Shown piece after piece: positions 1 to 8,800 of a stretch of DNA of 64,000 nt. Origin of the DNA: Eledone cirrhosa (Eukaryota). The notes below the pieces were generated by a model. It had not been told where the DNA came from and did not search any database. It saw only the letters and a list, made by a program, of their open reading frames with translations. The DNA lies in contig OZ024740.1 in the NCBI GenBank assembly GCA_964016885.1, forward strand, positions 430,838,001-430,902,000, given 5' to 3'. The translations under genes and the position numbers were made by a program. The stretch's first letter is position 1. Each line of letters starts with the position of its first letter.

Positions 1-2495
1 TGGAATGGGTGCTTTTTGTTGTGTCACCTACATGATCACTTTACAGTATGGACTGGGTGCTTTTTGTTGTGTCACCTACATGATCACTTTACAGTGTGGA
101 ATGGGTGCTTTTTGTTGTGTCACCTACATGACCACTTTACAGTGTGGACTGGGTGCTTTTTGTTGTGTCACCTACATGATCACTTTACAATGTGGAATGG
201 GTGCTTTTTGTTGTGTCACCTACATGACCACTTTACAGTGTGGAATGGGTGCTTTTTGTTGTGTCACCTACATGACCACTTTACAGTGTGGACTGGGTGC
301 TTTTTGTTGTGTCACCTACATGACCACTTTACAGTGTGGAATGGGTGCTTTTTGTTGTGTCACCTACATGATCACTTTACAGTGTGGTATGGGTGCTTTT
401 TGTTGTGTCACCTACATGACCACTTTACAGTGTGGACTGGGTGCTTTTTGTTGTGTAACCTACATGACAACTTTACAGTGTGAAATGGGTGCTTTTTGTT
501 GTGTCACCTACATGACCACTTTACAGTGTGGAATGGGTGCTTTTTGTTGTGTCACCTACATGACCACTTTACAGTGTAGACTGGGTGCTTTTTGTTGTGT
601 CACCTACATGATCACTTTACAGTGTGGACTGAGTGCTTTTTGTTGTGCCAACTACATGACCACTTTACAGTGTAGACTGGGTGCTTTTTGTTGTGTCACC
701 TACATGACCACCTTACAGTGTGGTCTGGGTGCTTTTTGTTGTGTCACCTACATGACCACTTTACAGTGTGGAATGGGTGCTTTTTGTTGTGTCACCTACA
801 TGATCACTTTACAGTGTGGACTGGGTGCTTTTTGTTGTGTCACCTACATGACCACTTTACAGTGTAGACTGGGTGCTTTTTTTTGTGTCACCTACATGAC
901 CAATTTACAGTGTGGACTGGGTGCTTTTTGTTGTGTCACCTACATGATCACTTTACAGTGTGGACTGGGTGCTTTTTTTTGTGTCAACTACATGACCACT
1001 TAACAGTGTGGTCTGGGCGCTTTTTGTTGTGTCACCTCCATGACCACTTTACAGTGTGGAATGGGTGCTTTTTGTTGTGTCACCTACATGATCACTTTAC
1101 AGTGTGGAATGGGTGCTTTTTGTTGTGTCACCTACATGATCACTTTACAGTATGGACTGGGTGCTTTTTGTTGTGTCACCTACATGACCACTTTACAGTG
1201 TGGACTGGGTGCTTTTTGTTGTGTCACCTACATGATCACTTTACAATGTGGAATGGGAGCTTTTTGTTGAGTCACCTACATGACCACTTTACAGTGTGAA
1301 ATGGGTGCTTTTTGTTGTGTCACCTACATGACCACTTTACAGTGTGAAATGGGTGCTTTTTGTTGTGTCACCTACATGACCACTTTACAGTGTGGAATGG
1401 GTGCTTTTTGTTGTGTCACCTACATGATCACTTTACAGTGTGGAGTGGGTGCTTTTTGTTGTGCCAACTACATGACCACTTTACAGTGTAGACTGGGTGC
1501 TTTTTGTTGTGTCACCTACATGACCACTTTACAGTGTGGACTGGGTACTTTTTGTTGTGTCACCTACATGACCACTTTACAGTGTGGAATAGGTGCTTTT
1601 TGTTGTGTCACCTACATGATCACTTTACAGTGTGGACTGGGTGCTTTTTGTTGTGTCACCTACATGACCACTTTACAGTGTGGACTGGGTGCTTTTTGTT
1701 GTGTCACTTACATGACCACTTTATGTGTGGACTGGGTGCTTTTTGTTGTGTCACCTACATGATCACTTTACAGTGTGGACTGGGTGCTTTTTGTTGTGTC
1801 ACCTACATGACCACTTTACAGTGTCGAATGGGTGCTTTTTGTTGTGTCACCTACATGACCACTTTACAGTGTGGACTGGGTACTTTTTGTTGTGTCACCT
1901 ACATGACCACTTTACAGTGTGAAATGGGTACTTTTTGTTGTGTCACCTACATGATCACTTTACAGTGTGGAATGGGTGCTTTTTGTTGTGTCACCTACAT
2001 GACCACTTTACAGTGTGAAATGGGTGCTTTTTGTTGTGTCACCTACATGATCACTTTACAGTGTGGAATGGGTGCTTTTTGTTGTGTCACCTACATGACC
2101 ACTTTACAGTGTGGACTGGGTGCTTTTTGTTGTGTCACCTACATGACCACTTTACAGTGTGGACTGGGTGCTTTTTGTTGTGTCACCTACATGACCACTT
2201 TACAGTGTGGAATGGGTGCTTTTTGTTGTGTCACCTACATGACCACTTTACAGTGTGGAATGGGTGCTTTTTGTTGTGTCACCTACATGACCACTTTACA
2301 GTGTGTTCTGGGTGTTGTTTGTTGTGTCACCTACATGACCACTTTACTGTGTCGACTGGGTACCTTTTGTTGTGACACCTACATGACCACTTTACAGTGT
2401 GTTCTTGGTACTTTTTGTTGTGACACCTACATGACCACTTTACAGTGTGTTCTGGGTGTTGTTTGTTGTGTCACCTACATGACCACTTTACAGTG
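1..2495. repeat. 48-bp minisatellite, about 52 copies, truncated by the left window edge; consensus TGGACTGGGTGCTTTTTGTTGTGTCACCTACATGACCACTTTACAGTG
   Basis: 48-bp periodicity read directly. Recurrent variants GGAATG/GGACTG/GAAATG and ATGACC/ATGATC. One monomer 2 bp short near 1720. More diverged monomers at 2300-2495. Confidence 0.98.
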
Positions 2496-2546
2496 GACGG
2501 GATTGGGAGCATGGAGTAGAGGATGAGGGGTGGGGTGTATATTTGG

Positions 2547-3287
2547 TTAAGAGGTGCCTACTGACTGTAGGTTTAAGTTTGTATGCAAGGGGAGGTGGGT
2601 CCTCTGTATAACTGCATAGCGCCAAAGATCTTGATCCAGTGACATTGTCTTAGACAGGTGTAAGTAGCGCCAAAGATCTCGATCCAGTGACATTGTCTTA
2701 GACAGGTGTAAGTAGCGCCAAAGATCTTGATCCAGTGACATTGTCTTAGAGAGGTGTAAGTAGCGCCAAAGATCTTGATCCAGTGACATTGTCTTAGAGA
2801 GGTGTAAGTAGCGCCAAAGATCTCGATCCAGTGACATTGTCTTAGACAGGTGTAAGTAGCGCCAAAGATCTTGATCCAGTGACATTGTCTTAGAGAGGTG
2901 TAAGTAGCGCCAAAGATCTCGATCCAGTGACATTGTCTTAGAGAGGTGTAAGTAGCGCCAAAGATCTCGATCCAGTGACATTGTCTTAGAGAGGTGTAAG
3001 TAGCGCCAAAGATCTCGATCCAGTGACATTGCCTTAGAGAGGTGTAAGTAGCGCCAAAGATCTCAATCCAGTGACATTGTCTTAGAGAGGTGTAAGTAGC
3101 GCCAAAGATCTCGATCCAGTGACATTGTCTTAGAGAGGTGTAAGTAGCGCCAAAGATCTCGATCCAGTGACATTGTCTTAGAGAGGTGTAAGTAGCGCCA
3201 AAGATCTTGATCCAGTGACATTGTTTTAGAGAGGTGTAAGTGAGCAAGGTCAGTTTTTATCACTTCGTCCCAGGTTTTTCTTGGTCT
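2547..3287 (-). mobile_element. 5'-truncated RTE-like LINE 3' fragment (ORF C-terminus) with an internal tandem amplification
   Basis: Minus strand from 3287 reads RPRKTWDEVIKTDLAH-(LHLSKTMSLD[R/Q]DLWRY)x13-AVIQRTHLP. This matches the RTE-clade C-terminal pattern GRP(R/K)xxW...D...DRxxWR, recognised by eye without a database search. Confidence 0.8.
2617..3240. repeat. 48-bp minisatellite, exactly 13 copies; unit TAGCGCCAAAGATCTCGATCCAGTGACATTGTCTTAGAGAGGTGTAAG
   Basis: 624 bp = 13 x 48, with near-identical units. The sequence is unrelated to the 48-mer at 1-2495. Confidence 0.98.
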
Positions 3288-3296
3288 ATATACAAG

Positions 3297-3490
3297 GGCG
3301 GTGGATTGGCAGTATCGGTAGACGGTCAGACGCCATGCGTTGCAGCATAGAGTTACGGCCCTTTACGGTCTGAGTTCAAATCCCGCCGAGATTAACTTTG
3401 CCTTTCATCCTTACGGGGTCAATAAAATAAAGTACCAGTAATACACTGGGATAATTGCTCGCCTTGTGCCAAAAGTAGAGACAATTATAG
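3297..3490 (+). mobile_element. tRNA-derived SINE, copy 1, with target-site duplication
   Basis: A-box-like TGGCAGTATCGG (3307-3318), B-box GAGTTCAAATCC (3372-3383) and central core ACTTTGCCTTTCATCCTTACGGGGTCAATAAAATAAAGTACCAG. Flanked by direct repeat ATATACAAGGG (3288-3298 and 3491-3501). A second copy lies at 3716-3902. Confidence 0.88.
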
Positions 3491-3495
3491 ATATA

Positions 3496-3688
3496 CAAGG
3501 GTCAGCAGTTCATAGGCTAACTATGATGGAGTGATGCTCGAGCTCTGAAATCTTGCATGCATTAATCTCAACTCTTCTTATTAATAACTTCATTGTTTCT
3601 TTCTAGGGACTATGTTGAAAAATATACCCCATTCAGTCATTCCATGAGAGTATCTTGGTCAGTCTATGAACTTTTCAGCTGACCCTTG
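3496..3688. mobile_element. Non-autonomous Tc1/mariner-type MITE, about 190 bp
   Basis: Perfect inverted match ATACAAGGGTCAGC (3493-3506) / GCTGACCCTTGTAT (3678-3691), extending inward as AGTTCATAGGCTAAC vs GTCAGTCTATGAACT after a short gap. TA dinucleotide on both sides (3494-3495, 3689-3690). No coding capacity. Confidence 0.75.
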
Positions 3689-3715
3689 TATCATACAGCC
3701 CCATGTTTTGATGTT

Positions 3716-3902
3716 TGGATTGGCAGTATTCGTAGAGGGTCGGACACCATGCTTTGACGCATAGAGTTACGGCCCTTTATGGTCTGAGTTCAAATCCCGC
3801 CGAGGTTAACTTTGCCTTTCATCCTTATGAGGTCGATAAAATAAAGTACCAGTAATACACTGAGATAATTGCTGGCCTTGTGCCAAAAATAGAAACCATT
3901 AT
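3716..3902 (+). mobile_element. tRNA-derived SINE, copy 2 (lacks the first few bases)
   Basis: Colinear with 3302-3488 with scattered substitutions. B-box GAGTTCAAATCC at 3786-3797 and core CTTTGCCTTTCATCCTTATGAGGTCGATAAAATAAAGTACCAG. No clear TSD seen. Confidence 0.87.
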
Positions 3903-3983
3903 TTAAAAAACATTTTTTTTTTAATGAAGAACTATAAATAAATTAAAAAAGTGAAAATTAAAAAGATATAAATAAATTTTGTG

Positions 3984-4299
3984 TGTGAAAAGATGGAGCT
4001 ATCACTTCATCTAAAGAACACTGTGTGTTAGAGAATCGAGCAATGTGAAAAGATGGAGCTATCACTTATGGCATCTAAAGAACACCGTGTGTTAGAGAAT
4101 CGAGCAATGTGAAAAGATAGAGCTATCACTTATGGCATCTAAAGAACACCGTGTGTTAGAGAATCGAGTAATGTGAAAAGATGGAGCTATCACTTATGGC
4201 ATCTAAAGAACACCGTGTGTTAGAGAATCGAGCAATGTGAAAAGATAGAGCTATCACTTATGGCATCTAAAGAACACCGTGTGTTAGAGAATCGAGCAA
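3984..4299. repeat. 64-bp tandem repeat, about 5 copies; unit AATGTGAAAAGATGGAGCTATCACTTATGGCATCTAAAGAACACCGTGTGTTAGAGAATCGAGC
   Basis: Units start at 4042, 4106, 4170 and 4234. The first unit lacks 4 bp (ATGG). Confidence 0.96.
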
Positions 4300-4344
4300 A
4301 TCCATTCCTGTAAATCCAGATTTTTAAAGGTGCAATAGATGCTA

Positions 4345-4445
4345 CACATATATATATATACACATATATGAGCAGACACATATATACTGTATATATTTTC
4401 ACACAAGAATGACTAGCTTTATACATATATACACATATATAATAT
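4345..4445. repeat. Degenerate (TA)n/(CA)n low-complexity tract
   Basis: ACACATATATATATATACACATATAT... and TATACATATATACACATATAT runs. Confidence 0.7.
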
Positions 4446-5085
4446 AATAATAACGAAAATTATTATGTACAGTGCTCAGGAGCACTACAACTCATCAAAG
4501 GTGCATGTAAAGTACATAGAATAATGTACAAATGTCAGGAAAATGACACTCTATGAATCATGATACACACACACACACAAGCATGCATACATAGAGAGGG
4601 GGAATATCAGGTGTAGTGTTGGCGAATTTCGGGAAGAATGAAAGTTTTAAAGGATGCAGTGTCTCGACAGCTAACAACTGATGTAGGTAGTTTGTTCCAT
4701 GGAAGTTTTAAAGGATGCAATGTCTCGACAGCTAACAACTGATGTAGGTAGTTTGTTCCATGGAGGTTTTAAAGGATGCAGTGTCTCGACAGCTAACAAC
4801 TGATGCAGGTAGTTTGTTCCATGCGGCTGGGTGAGGTTATGATACCCTCGGCCTTCTTGACAATTTTAGTGACGTGCTTTGTCCAACACAAATCACTGCT
4901 GACAGTAATGACAAGGTCACCTTCACAAGATTTCTTGAGATTGGTGTTGTGGAGGGAGTATGTGAAAACTAGGTTTTTCCTCCCAAAACGCATGGTGATA
5001 CACTGGTCCACAGACAGCTTGAGTTGCCAGTCTGTGATCCATTGATGCATTGTGTCCAGGTCTGATTGCAAGAGGGATACACAGC
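4442..5085 (-). mobile_element. 5'-truncated, internally deleted CR1-like (CR1/L2/Jockey group) LINE 3' end
   Basis: Minus strand LQSDLDTMHQWITDWQLKLSVDQCITMRFGRKN...EGDLVITVSSDLCWTKHVTKIVKKA matches the post-YADD CR1 pattern (LQxDLDxLxxWxxxWxxxFNxxKC...KDLGVxxxxxLxWxxH). It then jumps to the terminal motif WNKLPASVVSCRDTASFKTFILPEIRQHYT* (stop 4607-4609), followed by a 3' UTR with (TG)n, a hairpin at 4471-4486 and a TTA-rich tail. Confidence 0.88.
4642..4823. repeat. 61-bp tandem triplication inside the CR1-like fragment
   Basis: Units start at 4642, 4703 and 4764 (AAGTTTTAAAGGATGCAGTGTCTCGACAGCTAACAACTGATGTAGGTAGTTTGTTCCATGG). The minus strand encodes WNKLP[A/T]SVVSCRD[T/I]ASFK. Confidence 0.95.
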
Positions 5086-5525
5086 TATGTTAGCCATTTT
5101 CATAGCACCAATTTGACATTGAAAAGTTAACATTGAAATCTTATTTCAATGTTAGTCATTAAGTTCTAAAAACAATATAAATTCTCACTGCAACTTTTAA
5201 TAACTGGTTTTATCAGTCACTAATGACCCAGAACAACTTTCTACATGGAATAAGATGTGAATTTAATCGTTTGATGACCATACTGAATGTGAATTAATTC
5301 AATTTATTAGAGAATATATAACTTAGCTCTAAACTAGTTTTGTGAGACTCTATTATAGTTTATGGCAGCGTTTCCCGAACAGTTTTAGAGAATATATTTC
5401 AGCAGCAGCAGCACACCCTCCCCATCCCGTCTGTAATGTTGGTTTAAAATGATGCATTGTAAATTAAATACTATTAAATTTTCTTTTCCATTTAAGAATA
5501 TATTGTTTAAGCAAGACTAGAAAAC

Positions 5526-5830
5526 ATGCAAGAAGTGTAGACTTGTTTTGTAGACCTTGAAAAGAGATGTGACTGCATTCCACATGACCTTTTGTGGGAT
5601 GTTCTACAGGAGTATGGGATTGATGGACAGTTTCTTGTTGCCTTGATGTCTCTATATGAATGTTTGGATAAGTCAAAACCATTCAATGTAGGTATCAGAC
5701 ACCACCAAGAGTGCATACGGTTACATCTTATAAACAGGATTGACATGCACAGTCAGGTTGGAAGTAGTATTGAGACTGGCAGGTGTAAAATTAGTCAGTT
5801 GGAATCTGCAGATGATATATGTTACTTAAC
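5526..5830 (+). pseudogene. Decayed reverse transcriptase fragment of an RTE-clade non-LTR retrotransposon (motifs A to C)
   Basis: Frame from 5541: TCFVDLEKRCDCIPHDLLWDVLQEYGIDGQFLVALMSLYECLDKSKPFNVGIRHHQECIRLHLINRIDMHSQVGSSIETGRCKISQLESADDI. This follows the RTE RT order CFVDLEKAxDxxPxxxLWxxLxxYG...SLY...SxxFxVxxGxRQGC...IxxLxFADDxVLL. There is a stop at 5538, the QGC motif is eroded, and there are apparent short deletions. Confidence 0.85.
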
Positions 5831-8800
5831 TCAGCAGATGATATAATGTTACTTACCCTTGCAGATGATATAGTGTTACTTAACTTAGCAGTTGATATAG
5901 TGTTACTTAACTTAGCAGATGATATAGTGTTACTTAACTTAGCAGATGATATAGTGTTACTTAACTTAGCAGATGATATAATGTTACTTAACTTAGCAGA
6001 TGATATAATGTTACTTAACTTAGCAGATGATATAATGTTACTTAACTTAGCAGATGATATAATGTTACTTAACTTAGCAGATGATATAATGTTACTTAAC
6101 TTAGCAGATGATATAATATTACTTAACTTAGCAGATGATATAATGTTACTTAAATTAGCAGATGATATAGTGTTACTTAACTTAGCAGATGATATAGTGT
6201 TACTTAACTTAGCAGATAATATGGTGTTACTTAACTCAGCAGATGATATAATGTTACTTAACTTAGCAGATGATATAGTGTTACTTAACTTAGCAGATGA
6301 TATAGTGTTACTTAACTTAGCAGATGATATAGTGTTACTTAACTTAGCAGATGATATAGTGTTACTTAACTTAGCAGATGATATAATGTTACTTAACTTA
6401 GCAGATAATATGGTGTTACTTAACTCAGCAGATGATATAATGTTACTTAACTTAGCATATGATATAGTGTTAGTTAACTTAGCAGATGATATAGTGTTAC
6501 TTAACTTAGCAGATGATATAATGTTACTTAACTTAGCAGATGATATAATGTTACATAACTTAGCAGATGATATAATGTTACTTAACTTAGCAGATGATAT
6601 AGTGTTACTTAACTTAGCAGATGATATAGTGTTACTTAACTTAGCAGATGATATAGTGTTACTTAACTTAGCAGATGATATAATGTTACTTAACTTAGCA
6701 GATGATATAGTGTTACTTAACTTAGCAGATGATATAGTGTTACTTAAGTGAGCAGATGATATAATGTTACTTAACTTAGCAGATGATATAGTGTTACTTA
6801 ACTTAGCAGATGATATAGTGTTACTTAACTTAGCAGATGATATAGTGTTACTTAACTTAGCAGATGATATAGTGTTACTTAACTGAGCAGATGATATAAT
6901 GTTACTTAACTGAGCAGATGATATAGTGTTACTTAACTTAGCAGATGATATAGTGTTACTTAACTTAGCAGATGAGATAGTGTTACTTAACTGAGCAGAT
7001 GATATAATGTTACTTAACTTAGCAGAAGATATAGTGTTACTTAACTTAGCAGATGATATAGTGTTACTTAACTTAGCAGATAATATAGTGTTACTTAACT
7101 TAGCAGATGATATAATGTTACTTAACTTAGCAGATGATATAGTGTTACTTAACTTAGCAGATGATATAGTGTTACTTAACTTAGCAGATGATATAGTGTT
7201 ACTTAACTGAGCAGATGATATAATGTTACTTAACTTAGCAGAAGATATAGTGTTACTTAACTTAGCAGATGATATAGTGTTACTTAACTTAGCAGATGAT
7301 ATAGTGTTACTTAACTGAGCAGATGATATAATGTTACTTAACTTAGCAGAGGATATAATGTTACTTAACTTAGCAGATGATATAGTGTTACTTAACTTAG
7401 CAGATGATATAGTGTTACTTAACTGAGCAGATGATATAATGTTACTTAACTTAGCAGAAGATATAGTGTTACTTAACTTAGCAGATGATATAGTGTTACT
7501 TAACTTAGCAGATGATATAGTGTTACTTAACTTAGCAGAAGATATAATGTTACTTAACTTAGCAGATGATATAGTGTTACTTAACTTAGCAGATGATATA
7601 CTGTTACTTAACTGAGCAGATGATATAGTGTTACTTAACTGAGCAGATGATATAATGTTACTTAACTGAGCAGATGATATAGTGTTACTTAACTGAGCAG
7701 ATGATATAATGTTACTTAACTGAGCAGATGATATAGTGTTACTTAGCTTAGCAGATGATATACTGTTACTTAACTTAGCAGATGATATAATGTTACTTAA
7801 CTGAGCAGATGATATAGTGTTACTTAACTTAGCAGATGATATAGAGTTACTTAACTGAGCAGATGATATAATGTTACTTAACTTAGCAGATGATATAGTG
7901 TTACTTAACTAAGCAGAAGATACAATGTTACTTAACTTAGCAGATGATATAGTGTTACTTAACTTAGCAGATGATATAGTGTTACTTAACTTAGAAGATG
8001 ATATAGTGTTACTTAAGTCAGCAGAAGATATGGTGTTACTTAACTTAGCAGATGATATAGTGTTACTTAACTGAGCAGATGATATAATGTTACTTAACTT
8101 AGCAGATGATATAGTGTTACTTAACTTAGCAGATGATATAGTGTTACTTAACTGAGCAGATGTTATAGTGTTACTTAACTTAGCAGATGATATAGTGTTA
8201 CTTAACTGAGGAGATGATATAGTGTTACTTAACTGAGCAGATGATATAGTGTTACTTAACTTAGCAGATGATATAGTGTTACTTAACTTAGCAGATGATA
8301 TAGTGTTACTTAACTTAGCAGATGATATAATGTTACTTAACTTAGCAGAAGATATAGTGTTACTTAACTTAGCAGATGATATAGTGTTACTTAACTTAGC
8401 AGATAATATAGTGTTACTTAACTTAGCAGATAATATAGTGTTACTTAACTTAGCAGATGATATAATGTTACTTAACTTAGCAGATGATATAGTGTTACTT
8501 AACTTAGCAGATGATATAGTGTTACTTAACTTAGCAGATGATATAATGTTACTTAACTGAGCAGATCATATAATGTTACTTAACTTAGCAAATGATATAG
8601 TGTTACTTAACTTAGCAGATGATATAGTGTTACTTAACTGAGCAGATGTTATAGTGTTACTTAACTTAGCAGATGATATAGTGTTACTTAACTGAGGAGA
8701 TGATATAATGTTACTTAACTTAGCAGATGATATAGTGTTACTTAACTTAGCAGATGATATAGTGTTACTTAACTTAGCAGATGATATAGTGTTACTTAAC

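Noticed and set aside
5-2526. Cys-rich ORFs (MGAFCCVTYMTTLQCG)n resembling metallothionein or keratin-associated proteins
   Set aside because: They arise from a stop-free 48-bp unit that is open in several frames, with sporadic stops and a frameshift and no unique coding flanks.
1-3240. Common origin of the two adjacent 48-bp arrays
   Set aside because: They share a period but have no alignable sequence beyond a few bases (e.g. GTGACA/TGTCAC), so they are treated as independent amplifications.
3297-3400. tRNA gene
   Set aside because: A and B boxes are present, but I could not fold a convincing cloverleaf. The sequence continues into a SINE core and has a TSD and a second dispersed copy.
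1-4823. CRISPR-like arrays
   Set aside because: Units are head-to-tail with no unique spacers, there are no cas genes, and the context is eukaryotic TE sequence.
4220-5746. Short ORFs 4220-4426(-), 4803-5045(+), 5464-5682(-) and 5507-5746(-)
   Set aside because: They are antisense or off-frame shadows of the LINE remnants and low-complexity sequence, with no recognisable domains.
5541-6751. Functional RT or RT-repeat fusion protein (DGR, retron or telomerase-like system)
   Set aside because: The RT fragment has an upstream stop (5538), a degraded QGC motif, SADD instead of [F/Y]ADD and a frameshift in the first monomer. There are no accessory genes or template/variable repeat pair.
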